This document shows, in pieces, positions 13,635 through 22,186 of a DNA stretch of 64,000 nucleotides; the stretch's first letter is position 1, and the number at the start of each line of letters is the position of its first letter. Where the stretch lies: NCBI GenBank assembly GCA_964503125.1, contig CAZCZE010000020.1, forward strand, positions 159,979 through 223,978. Direction: 5' to 3'. A program made the position numbers and the translations under genes. Origin of the DNA: an uncultured Gammaproteobacteria bacterium (lineage in GTDB: Bacteria > Pseudomonadota > Gammaproteobacteria > Steroidobacterales > Rariloculaceae). The notes below the pieces were generated by a model. The model was given only the letters and a program-made list of their open reading frames with translations. It did no database searches and was not told the origin of the DNA.

Positions 13635-15404
13635 ATGCGCAGTCACTACTGCGGCCATGTCAACCGTTCCCTCATCGGCCGCGAGGTGACCGTAGCGGGT
13701 TGGGTACATCGTCGCCGCGATCACGGCGGCGTCATCTTCATCGACTTGCGCGATCGCGAGGGCTTGCTCCAGGTCGTGTTCGATCCCGATCGTGCCGACA
13801 TATTCAAGGAAGCGGAGCGGCTGCGCTCCGAGTTCGTGCTTAGCGTAGAGGGACGCGTGCGCGCGCGGCCCGACGGCACGGTCAACCCGAACTTAAGCAG
13901 TGGCGAGGTCGAGGTGCTCGCCACGAAGCTCACGGTGCTCGCGAAGGCGAAGACGCCGCCGTTCCATCACGACGAGCCCGTGAGCGAAGAGCTGCGCTTG
14001 CGTTATCGTTATCTCGATCTGCGTCGCGAGCCGATGCTGCGCAACTTGCGGCTGCGGCACACCGTGACGCGCGCGCTGCGCAAGTTCATGGACGAGCACG
14101 GCTTCGTCGACGTCGAGACGCCGATCTTGACGAAGACGACGCCCGAGGGCGCGCGCGACTATCTCGTGCCGAGCCGCACGCAGCAGGGCAACTTCTTCGC
14201 GCTGCCGCAGTCGCCGCAGCTCATGAAGCAGCTGCTCATGATGGCGGGCCTCGACCGTTACTATCAGATCGTCAAATGCTTCCGCGACGAGGATCTGCGC
14301 GCCGATCGCCAGCCCGAGTTCACGCAGCTCGATATCGAGACGAGCTTCATGAGCGAGGAAGACATCATTGCGCTCATGGAGGAGCTGCTGCGCTCGACGT
14401 TCAAGTCGGTGCTCGGCGTGGAGCTCCCCGTGCCGTTCGCGCGCATGACACATGCCGAAGCGCTGCGCCGCTACGGCAGCGACAAGCCCGACTTGCGGAA
14501 CCCGCTTACGCTCGTCGAAGTAGCGGACTTGTTCCGCGGCGTCGAGTTCAAGGTGTTCGCGGGCCCCGCGGCCGATCCCAAGAGCCGCATCGCGGCGCTC
14601 CGCTTGCCGAAAGGCGGTGAGCTCACGCGCAAGGAGATCGACGACTACACGGCGCTCGTCGGCCGCCACGGCGCCAAGGGCCTCGCCTACATCAAGGTCA
14701 ACGAGCGCGCCAAGGGGCGCGACGGCTTGCAGTCGCCGATTTTGAAGTTCCTGCCCGATGCCGCGATCGCCGGCGTGCTCGAGCGCACGGGCGCCGTCGA
14801 CGGCGACCTCGTGTTCTTCGGCGCCGACAAGGCGGAAGTCGTCAACGAGTCGTTGAACGCGTTGCGAAGCGCGCTCGGCCGCGACCGCAAGCTCATGCAA
14901 GGCGACTGGGCGCCGCTCTGGATCGTCGACTTTCCGTTGCTCGAGGAAGTGCCGGGCGGCGGCTGGACGCCGCTGCACCACCCGTTCACGTCGCCACGCG
15001 ACACGTCGGTCGAGGCGCTCAAGCGCGCGCCGGGCGGCGCGATCGCGCGCGCCTACGACAGCGTCATGAACGGCTACGAGATCGGCGGCGGCTCGATTCG
15101 TATCCACGATCCCGAGCTCCAGTCGGCGATGTTCGATCTGCTCGGGATCTCGAAGGAGGAGGTCGAGGTCAAGTTCGGCTTCTTGCTCACGGCGCTCGAC
15201 TACGGCGCGCCGCCGCACGGCGGCATCGCGTTCGGCCTCGATCGCATCGTCATGCTCATGGCCGGAGCCGACAACATCCGCGACGTCATCGCGTTCCCGA
15301 AGACCGCGACGGCGAGCGACCTGCTCACGGGCGCGCCGAGCCCGGCCGATGCCACTCAGCTCAAGGAGCTCGGCATCCGCCTTAAGAGCGGCCCGCCGGG
15401 CTGA
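13635..15404 (+). CDS. aspS: Aspartate--tRNA ligase
   Basis: 589 aa with the bacterial AspRS layout: an OB fold, class II motifs ([22 protein letters not shown]) and the GAD insertion. Confidence 0.97.
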   Translation: MRSHYCGHVNRSLIGREVTVAGWVHRRRDHGGVIFIDLRDREGLLQVVFDPDRADIFKEAERLRSEFVLSVEGRVRARPDGTVNPNLSSGEVEVLATKLTVLAKAKTPPFHHDEPVSEELRLRYRYLDLRREPMLRNLRLRHTVTRALRKFMDEHGFVDVETPILTKTTPEGARDYLVPSRTQQGNFFALPQSPQLMKQLLMMAGLDRYYQIVKCFRDEDLRADRQPEFTQLDIETSFMSEEDIIALMEELLRSTFKSVLGVELPVPFARMTHAEALRRYGSDKPDLRNPLTLVEVADLFRGVEFKVFAGPAADPKSRIAALRLPKGGELTRKEIDDYTALVGRHGAKGLAYIKVNERAKGRDGLQSPILKFLPDAAIAGVLERTGAVDGDLVFFGADKAEVVNESLNALRSALGRDRKLMQGDWAPLWIVDFPLLEEVPGGGWTPLHHPFTSPRDTSVEALKRAPGGAIARAYDSVMNGYEIGGGSIRIHDPELQSAMFDLLGISKEEVEVKFGFLLTALDYGAPPHGGIAFGLDRIVMLMAGADNIRDVIAFPKTATASDLLTGAPSPADATQLKELGIRLKSGPPG

Positions 15405-15410
15405 CGCGCG

Positions 15411-15860
15411 ATGGTCGCCGTCGCGCAGTTCAAGCGACCGGAGTCCGTGCTCGTCGTCGTGCACACGCCCTCGCTCGACTGCCTGCTGCTCGAGCGCGCC
15501 GAGCCGCGCGGTTTTTGGCAGTCGGTGACGGGCTCACTGCGGCCCGCCGAGACGCCGGCCGAAGCCGCGGCGCGCGAGCTCCACGAGGAGACCGGGCTCG
15601 CGCCGGAGGGCCTGCGCGACGCGCATGTCCAGCGCTCGTTCCCGATCCTGCCCGCATGGCGCTCGCGCTATTCGCCCGACGTCGACTTGAACACCGAGCA
15701 CCTCTGGTATCTCGAGGTGCCCGAACTCTGCGCTGTGCGCCTCGAGGCGGCCGAGCACGTGGCCTATCTCTGGTTGCCCGTCGACGCGGCCATCGAGAAG
15801 GTGGCGTCGTGGACGAATCGCGAAGCCCTGCAACGCCTCAAGGATTCGCGCGGCGCGTGA
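15411..15860 (+). CDS. nudB: Dihydroneopterin triphosphate diphosphatase (Nudix)
   Basis: 149 aa with FWQSVTGS..E.....AA.RE..EETG (Nudix box) and the EH.AY.WL tail, as in E. coli NudB. It is adjacent to aspS. Confidence 0.75.
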   Translation: MVAVAQFKRPESVLVVVHTPSLDCLLLERAEPRGFWQSVTGSLRPAETPAEAAARELHEETGLAPEGLRDAHVQRSFPILPAWRSRYSPDVDLNTEHLWYLEVPELCAVRLEAAEHVAYLWLPVDAAIEKVASWTNREALQRLKDSRGA

Positions 15861-16492
15861 TCTCGGTCGTCACCGTGCACGGCCTGTGGATGCGCGGCGC
15901 CGCGATGGCCCCGCTGCGGCGGCGGCTCGAGCCCCACGCCTGGCGCGTCGTGAATTTCAGCTATCCGTCGATCACGCGGTCGCTCGAGGCGAACACGACC
16001 GCGCTCGAGGCGTACATCGACGCCGTTCCCGGCGACACGGTGCATCTCGTCGGCCACAGCTTGGGTGCCGTGTTGGTCTGCGCGCTGCTCGAGCGCCGAG
16101 TGCCTGCGCGCCTCGGCCGCATCGTGTGCCTCGGCGCGCCGTTCAAGGGCAGCCGCACGGCGGCACGCCTCGCGCGGTGGCCCGGCGGCCAACGCCTGAT
16201 CGGCTCCAGCCTCGGCGACGTGAACGCGCGCGGCGGATTCGCGAAATTTCCCGCCGGCGTCGAGGCTGGCAGCATCGCGGGACGCCTACCGTTTGGCGTC
16301 GGCCGATTGCTGGGGCGGTTCCCGGAGCCGAACGACGGTACCGTCGCCGTCGCCGAGACGAAGATCGACGGCCTCGCGGACCACGTCGTGCTGCCCGTGT
16401 CGCACGTCGCGCTCTTGTGGTCGAGCGCGGTCGCGGCAGAGACCGAGCACTTCCTGCTGCACGGGCGGTTTCGACGCGCGCCGGGCCCTTGA
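15857..16492 (+). CDS. Alpha/beta-hydrolase fold protein (small lipase/esterase-like)
   Basis: GTG at 15857 (VISVVTVHGLW...) within track ORF 15515..16492. It has the nucleophile elbow GHSLG and overlaps the nudB stop by 4 nt. Confidence 0.7.
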   Translation: MISVVTVHGLWMRGAAMAPLRRRLEPHAWRVVNFSYPSITRSLEANTTALEAYIDAVPGDTVHLVGHSLGAVLVCALLERRVPARLGRIVCLGAPFKGSRTAARLARWPGGQRLIGSSLGDVNARGGFAKFPAGVEAGSIAGRLPFGVGRLLGRFPEPNDGTVAVAETKIDGLADHVVLPVSHVALLWSSAVAAETEHFLLHGRFRRAPGP

Positions 16493-16494
16493 GC

Positions 16495-17361
16495 TCAGAG
16501 CCCCGGCGGGCGCGGAAACTTGGCCATCTCGGCCTTGAGCCAGTCGCGAAACTCGGCGAACGCAGGATGCGCGCGGCCGTGCTTCGAGTGCACGAGCCAA
16601 TAGGTGCGGAAGAAGCTCAGCGGCTTGTCGCTCGCGACGACGAGGCGACCGGCGGCGACGTCGTCGCCCGCGAGGCTCCAGCGCGCGAGCGCGAGGCCGG
16701 ATCCCTGCAACGCGAGCCGCACGACGGCAGCCGAGTCGTCGACGCGCGTGCCCGTGAAGGGCGATGTCGTGTCATCATCCGCCTTGCTCGCAAGGAGCCA
16801 CGCGGTCCACGGCTCGCTCGCGCTGTGCACGAGCGGATAGCGGCCGATGTCGTCGCGCGCCTCGAGCGGTCCATGCTTTGCGTAGACGGCCGGCGTGCAG
16901 ACGGGGACGAGCCACTCGTCGAGCAGCTTCTCGCCGGTGAGCCCCGGCCACGGGCCGGTGCCGAGCCGGATCGCGGCGTGTTGGTCGGCGCGCACCAGAT
17001 CGACGCTGACCTCGGACGTGTGCAGTTGGAGGTCGATGCGCGGGTGCTCGGCGCGCAGCCGCGGCAAGCGCGGCAGCAACCAGTTCTGAAGGAACGAGGC
17101 GAGCATCGTCACGCGCAGGGGTCCGCCGCTGCGATCGCCGCGCGTATCCGCGAGCGCGTGCTCGAGATCGCCCAGCGCCTGCTGCACGCGCGGCAACAGT
17201 GCGGCCCCTTCCGCCGTGAGCTGCACGACGCGGCCGTTGCGCCGAAACAGGGGCCGGCTCAGGTATTCCTCGAGCGCGCGGACGGCCAGGCTCGCGGCGC
17301 CGGGCGTGACCCCGAGCGCCTCGCCCGCGCGAGTGAAGTTCAGGTGCTCGGCGACGGCCAC
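16495..17361 (-). CDS. LysR-family transcriptional regulator (GcvA/AmpR-like)
   Basis: The HTH is AVAEHLNFTRAGEALGVTPGAASLAVRALEE, followed by a LysR substrate domain. In-frame similarity continues upstream (..RRLPLGSLRVF) with no ATG/GTG/TTG, so the real start is uncertain (see finding). Confidence 0.85.
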   Translation of the reverse strand: MAVAEHLNFTRAGEALGVTPGAASLAVRALEEYLSRPLFRRNGRVVQLTAEGAALLPRVQQALGDLEHALADTRGDRSGGPLRVTMLASFLQNWLLPRLPRLRAEHPRIDLQLHTSEVSVDLVRADQHAAIRLGTGPWPGLTGEKLLDEWLVPVCTPAVYAKHGPLEARDDIGRYPLVHSASEPWTAWLLASKADDDTTSPFTGTRVDDSAAVVRLALQGSGLALARWSLAGDDVAAGRLVVASDKPLSFFRTYWLVHSKHGRAHPAFAEFRDWLKAEMAKFPRPPGL

Positions 17362-17453
17362 AAAAACGCGCAGGCTGCCAAGTGGCAGCCTGCGCGGTGT
17401 GGGCCGACGTGCGGCGCCATCGCGCCGCTCACGCGTTCTCGTGGCGATAGTTT

Positions 17454-17834
17454 TCAGTTCCTCGCGGCGAGTGCGCCGGCGCTACGTGCACCTGCGGGGC
17501 TCGCCTTCGCGGCATGGTAAGCCGTGAGAGCGGGGCGATCTACTGCGGCGACACCCTGCTCGAGCGCGGCTCTCACGCAGGCGCGCCAGCCTTGCGCGAG
17601 GAACAGCATCTGGGACCGATAGCCCGTATCGCAGACCTTCTCCGCTGCGATCTTGAGGCGCGTATAGAGCCGCGCGATGCCGGCCGCGTCGTCGAGATCG
17701 AGGTCGCCGTAGCGCACCGCGATCGACTCCTCGACGAGTGTGCCGTCGGCCGCCGCCGGCAGCGTGACCGTGGCTACGAGAGCGCTGAGCGCCAGGGCCC
17801 CCAAAGCGCCGAGCGGAAAACGAGAGCTACGCAT
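17454..17834 (-). CDS. UrcA-family small secreted protein
   Basis: 126 aa with a signal peptide and the pattern VRYGDLDL..AAG...LY.R...AA..VC that I associate with the UrcA family (from memory). Confidence 0.6.
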   Translation of the reverse strand: MRSSRFPLGALGALALSALVATVTLPAAADGTLVEESIAVRYGDLDLDDAAGIARLYTRLKIAAEKVCDTGYRSQMLFLAQGWRACVRAALEQGVAAVDRPALTAYHAAKASPAGARSAGALAARN

Positions 17835-17959
17835 CGGTATCTCCTGAAGAGGTTGGTGAACGCGGCGCAGTGTGCGGCCGCGGCGCCGTGCGTAGCGGAC
17901 AAAGAGATGACAGTGCGTTTAGAAATACTAAACGCTCGGCACGCAGTCGACTGGCGAGC

Positions 17960-18961
17960 TCATGCCCGCAGAAACGCGCGCAGCTCCGCGAGCACTTCAG
18001 CCGGCGCGCCTTCCTGCATGTTGTGGCCGCCGGGCATGCCCTTGCCCGTGACGTTGCGCGCCCGTTCGCGCCAGATCGCGAGCACGTCGTAGAGCCGGTC
18101 CATGGCGCCGTTCTCCGCCCACAGCACGTGCAGCGGGCAACGAATCTTGGCGTCGAGATCGGTCTCGTCGTGCGTAAGATCGACCGAGGCGCCCGCGCGA
18201 TAGTCCTCGCACATGCCGTGCACGCCGTCGGGCGTGCCGTTCGCGCGCCGATACTCGGCTTGCGCAGGCGACTGCGCTCGGCCCGCAAGCGCTGCGCGCT
18301 GCGCGAGCAGCTCGTTCTCGGGCCCGGGCGCGGCGCGCAAGTAGTTGAACCAGTGGAAGTACGCTTGCACGAAGTCGATGTTCACGTGCGTGTAGAGGTA
18401 GTACGTCGGCACGATGTCGATGACCACGGCCTTCGTAACCTTGTCGGCATGATCGAGCGCCATGCGGTGCGCGACGCGCCCGCCGCGGTCCTGGCCCACG
18501 ACCGCGAATCGCTCGAAGCCGAAGTGCTTCATCACGTCGACCTGATCCAAAGCCATCGCGCGCTTCGAGTAGTTCGAGTGATCGGGCAAGCCTTGCGGCT
18601 TGTCGCTGTCGCCGTAGCCGCGCAGGTCGCTCGCGATGACCGTGAAGTTCTCGGCGAGCCCAGGCGCGACGTCGCGCCACGTGTAGAGCGTGAGCGGCGC
18701 GCCGTGCAGCAGCAGCAGCGGCGGGCCGTTGCCGCCTTTGACCGCATTGATCGTCACGCCGCCGCTCGTCGCGATGCGTTCGGCCGCGAACCCGGGGATC
18801 GACAACGGCGTCGGTGCCGCTTCCGGAGCTGCTTGCTGCGCCTGCGCGCCGTCGAAGAGCGCCGCGCCGGCGACGAGCGTCGAGGCCGCGCGCAGCAAAT
18901 CGCGGCGCTCGCGGGAGGCCAGATCGTCGCCGTTCGTCGGCGGCAGGTGCGGAGCAGTCAT
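17960..18961 (-). CDS. Alpha/beta hydrolase, haloacetate dehalogenase/epoxide hydrolase-like, with twin-arginine signal
   Basis: The start MTAPHLPP is at the complement of 18959..18961, within track ORF 17960..19651. It has a Tat-like SRERRDLLRAAS..AGAAL, an Asp nucleophile motif VVGQDRGGRVAHRMALDH, and HGAPLT plus DLRGYGDS. Confidence 0.8.
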   Translation of the reverse strand: MTAPHLPPTNGDDLASRERRDLLRAASTLVAGAALFDGAQAQQAAPEAAPTPLSIPGFAAERIATSGGVTINAVKGGNGPPLLLLHGAPLTLYTWRDVAPGLAENFTVIASDLRGYGDSDKPQGLPDHSNYSKRAMALDQVDVMKHFGFERFAVVGQDRGGRVAHRMALDHADKVTKAVVIDIVPTYYLYTHVNIDFVQAYFHWFNYLRAAPGPENELLAQRAALAGRAQSPAQAEYRRANGTPDGVHGMCEDYRAGASVDLTHDETDLDAKIRCPLHVLWAENGAMDRLYDVLAIWRERARNVTGKGMPGGHNMQEGAPAEVLAELRAFLRA

Positions 18962-18972
18962 GTCCAAGCCCT

Positions 18973-20610
18973 CTAGTTTGCTGTGGTCGGTGCTGCGCTC
19001 CCGAGCAGGCGCTCGAGCAGCGCGATCGTCTCGGGCTTGCGCACGGGCGGGTGCGTCGCGAGGAACACGCCTTCGGCCCACGTGAGCGGCGTGCGACCCT
19101 CGCGGTCCGCGACGTCGAGCTTCGCGCCGTTGGCCGCGAGGTACTCGATGACGTCGTTGGCGCCGCGATTGGCCGCGCCGTGAATCGCGGCGATGCCCAT
19201 CGAGTTGCGCGCGTTGACGTCGTTGCCGAGCGAGTGCGCCAGCTTCACGGCTTCGAGCAAGGCCGCCGGCCCTTCGTCGAAAGTCTCGGCGACGGCCCAG
19301 TTGACGCCGGCCGCGACCATGAGCGGCGTCGTGCCGGTGTCGGTCGCGATGTTCGGGTCCGCGCCGTGGTCGAGCAATAGGCGCATCACGCGCAAGTCGC
19401 CAGCGGCCGCCGCGCGCAGGAACGGCGTCTGCCCCGTGAGATCGACCCACGCGACCGAGCCCACGGCCGCGACGATATAGCGGCGCTCGTGCGGGAACTC
19501 GCGCGTGCGCACGTTGGGATTCGCGCCCGCGGCCAGCAACCGCTCGACGAGCGCGAAGGCCTCGTCGCGGATACCCGTCGCGCTGTCGGCCGGGCCGAGC
19601 TCGAGGTTGCGCAGATCGACGGCGGCCCAGAGCGGCGTCTCGCCGTACCAATCCATGGCGTCGACGTTCGCGGCGGCGTCGAGCAGCAGGTTCGCAACTT
19701 GCAAATGATCGCTCGACCCTAAGCGGCTCACGCGGAAGACGCTGGCGTTCATGATCGCAGACAGCAGCGGCGTGACGCCGTTGCCGTCGGCGAGCTCGAG
19801 GCTCGCGCCGCGCTCGACGAGCAGCCGCGTCACGTCGAGAAGTCCCTCGCGAGTCGCATACAGCAGCGCGGTTTTTGCTCCGCCCACGGGGAAACGCTTG
19901 CCGCGGTCCTCGGGCCAGCCGGCGCGCACGATGCCGATGCCGCGCGACAGCCCCGGCGGCGACTCGCTCGGCGGCACGAACCGCGGCGGCTCCTGGGTCG
20001 TCGTCGCGGCATCGACGTCGGCGCCCGCGTCGAGCAGCAGCTTCACGAGCGCAACGCTCCCTAAGCGCGCCGCGATCATGAGCGCCGTTTGGCCGAAGCG
20101 CACGTCGCGCGTGTCGACGGCGACGCCGTGCTCGAGCAGCGCTGCGGCAACGGCGGGATCCGCTAGGCGCGCGGCCTGCAGCAGCGGCGCTTCGCCGGCG
20201 TGATCGGGCAGGGTCGTGTCGGCGCCCGCGTCGAGCAGCCAGCGCACCATGGCGGCGTCGCCGGCGCCGATCGCGAGCTCGAGCGGCGTCACGCCGTAGC
20301 GGCTCGCCGCGTTGACGTCGGCGCCGGCGCGCACCAAGCGCTCGGCCGTGGCGCGATCGCTGACGCGCACGAGCCAGTGCAGCGCGGGCGTGCCGTCGCG
20401 GCCCGGCGCATCGAGGTCGAGGCCACCCCGCTCGAGCAGTGCGGCGAGGGTCTGCTTGTCGCCGCGCATCGCGGCCTCGGCGAGCGGCGATGCCGGCACG
20501 TCGGCCGCGGCCGGTGCCAGCGGCACCTCTTGTGCGGTTACCACCGAGCCCAGTAGCAGCGCGAACGTCGTGGAGACGACGCGGCCCAACGAAGCTCGCA
20601 ACGCGCGCAC
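18973..20610 (-). CDS. Secreted ankyrin-repeat protein (copy A)
   Basis: 545 aa with a signal peptide and many ANK repeats (G.TPLH/L..A......V..LL..GAD.N). It is a paralogue of 29810..31381. Confidence 0.85.
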   Translation of the reverse strand: MRALRASLGRVVSTTFALLLGSVVTAQEVPLAPAAADVPASPLAEAAMRGDKQTLAALLERGGLDLDAPGRDGTPALHWLVRVSDRATAERLVRAGADVNAASRYGVTPLELAIGAGDAAMVRWLLDAGADTTLPDHAGEAPLLQAARLADPAVAAALLEHGVAVDTRDVRFGQTALMIAARLGSVALVKLLLDAGADVDAATTTQEPPRFVPPSESPPGLSRGIGIVRAGWPEDRGKRFPVGGAKTALLYATREGLLDVTRLLVERGASLELADGNGVTPLLSAIMNASVFRVSRLGSSDHLQVANLLLDAAANVDAMDWYGETPLWAAVDLRNLELGPADSATGIRDEAFALVERLLAAGANPNVRTREFPHERRYIVAAVGSVAWVDLTGQTPFLRAAAAGDLRVMRLLLDHGADPNIATDTGTTPLMVAAGVNWAVAETFDEGPAALLEAVKLAHSLGNDVNARNSMGIAAIHGAANRGANDVIEYLAANGAKLDVADREGRTPLTWAEGVFLATHPPVRKPETIALLERLLGSAAPTTAN

Positions 20611-20620
20611 GCGGCCGCCG

Positions 20621-21904
20621 TCAGATCTCGAGCGCGCCCGTGCTGTCGCCGAACGAGGCGACGGGCACGTCGAGCTTGTCGAGCACCGTCACGAGCAGGT
20701 TCGCGAACGACGTGTCGTCGGCCGCACGAATGTGCCGGCCGCCCTCGAGCCGCCCGGAAGCGCCGCCCGCGAGCAGCATCGGCAGCGGGTTGTGGTCGTG
20801 CTGATTCGGGTTTGCCATGCCGCTGCCGTAGAGGACCAACGAGTGATCGAGCAGGCTGCCGTCCCCGTCTGGCGTCTCGGCGAGCTTGCGCAGGCCGTAC
20901 GCTAGACCTACGCGCGTGTGGTACTCGTTGAGCTTCGCGAGCCGGTCGACGTTCGCCGGAATTCCCGAGTGGTGCGACGCGTTGTGGAAGCCCTCGTTGA
21001 CGCCGCTGCGCGGATAGAGGCGGTTGCTGAGCTCGCGCGAGACCATGAACGTCGCGATGCGCGTGAGGTCGCCGGCCCAGGCGAGCGCGAGCAAGTCGAA
21101 CATGAGCATCGTGTGCTGTTCGAAGTCGCCGGGAATCCCGTTAGGCTTATCGGGCACGTCGAGGTCCGCGAGCGCGGAGTCGGCGGCGAGATTGAGACGG
21201 CGCTCGAGCTCGCGGATGTCGGTCAAGTAACGATCCATGCGCTCGCGGTCCGGCCCCGGCAAGTCGCGCTTGAGCGCTGCAACTTGCCCCGTCACCGAGT
21301 CGAGCAGGCTCGAGAGCTGACGCTGCCGCGCCGCGCGCTCCTCGGGAGTGCTGCCGTCGCCGAGCAGGCGCTCGAACACGACGCGCGGATTCGTCTCCAT
21401 GGGCAGCGGCGTTTTCGGCGTGAGATACGAGATCGACGCGCCGGCCTCGAGCGCGAGCTCGAGCGACGGCAGCGGCGTCTCCTGGCCGATGTGCCGCGCC
21501 GCGAGCTGATCGACCGACGTCGGCGACGGCCCCGTGCCGTCGGGCAGGCACGTGAGCCAGCATTGCGACGAGCGCGAGTGATTCGCGGCCGCCGACGACT
21601 CGCCGACGTACGCGGCCGGCAGCTTGAGCCCGCTGATCACGTTCAAGCGGTCGCGGAACGGCTCGAGCGACTCGAGCGTCGGCGTGAAGGCGAAGTTGCG
21701 GCCCGTCGCGGCCGGCTGCCATCGGTCCATGACGCAGCCGTGCGGGATGTAGATGCACGCGAGCCGCGAGCGCGGCACGCCCGCCGCGGACGCGGTGCGG
21801 ATGCCCGCCGGGATCATGGATTCCAAGAGCGGCAGCGCGATCGCCGCGCCGGTCCCGCGCAGTACCGTGCGGCGAGAGAGGTGCTTCTTCGTCAGGTAAC
21901 GCAT
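20621..21904 (-). CDS. DUF1552-family protein with Tat signal (copy A)
   Basis: 427 aa with SRRTVLRGTGAAIALPLLESM at the N-terminus and NHSRSS / HNASHHSG motifs. It is a paralogue of 28485..29813. Confidence 0.85.
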   Translation of the reverse strand: MRYLTKKHLSRRTVLRGTGAAIALPLLESMIPAGIRTASAAGVPRSRLACIYIPHGCVMDRWQPAATGRNFAFTPTLESLEPFRDRLNVISGLKLPAAYVGESSAAANHSRSSQCWLTCLPDGTGPSPTSVDQLAARHIGQETPLPSLELALEAGASISYLTPKTPLPMETNPRVVFERLLGDGSTPEERAARQRQLSSLLDSVTGQVAALKRDLPGPDRERMDRYLTDIRELERRLNLAADSALADLDVPDKPNGIPGDFEQHTMLMFDLLALAWAGDLTRIATFMVSRELSNRLYPRSGVNEGFHNASHHSGIPANVDRLAKLNEYHTRVGLAYGLRKLAETPDGDGSLLDHSLVLYGSGMANPNQHDHNPLPMLLAGGASGRLEGGRHIRAADDTSFANLLVTVLDKLDVPVASFGDSTGALEI

Positions 21905-22070
21905 GAGACTCGCCTCCCGAGGCTAGAGCCAGGTTACAGGGATCGCCCGAGTCCGACAATTCGAGCCAAGCGCGCCGCCGCTCGTGGACGCGGCGCAACA
22001 CGCGTTCGAGGCGCCGCTCGGCCATATTTGGGCGCGCCGACCGTGTTCGAAAGCGCGGACGATTGCCGCC

Positions 22071-22100
22071 GATAATGCTATCTGCTATAACAATATTATC
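22071..22100. promoter_or_regulatory. AT-rich inverted-repeat operator candidate (Fur-box-like) upstream of the TonB-dependent receptor
   Basis: GATAATgctatctgctataacaatATTATC has GATAAT/ATTATC arms. A GCTATAAC direct repeat lies at 22084..22091 and 22101..22108. This is the only strongly AT-rich stretch in a G+C-rich intergenic region, 87 nt upstream of the receptor ATG. Confidence 0.3.
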
Positions 22101-22186
22101 GCTATAACCAATAGCAATGTGCGCTGCGGCGCGGCGATGCATCGCCACGCCGCTCACAGATCGAAACAACTTGGGGGGGAACATTC

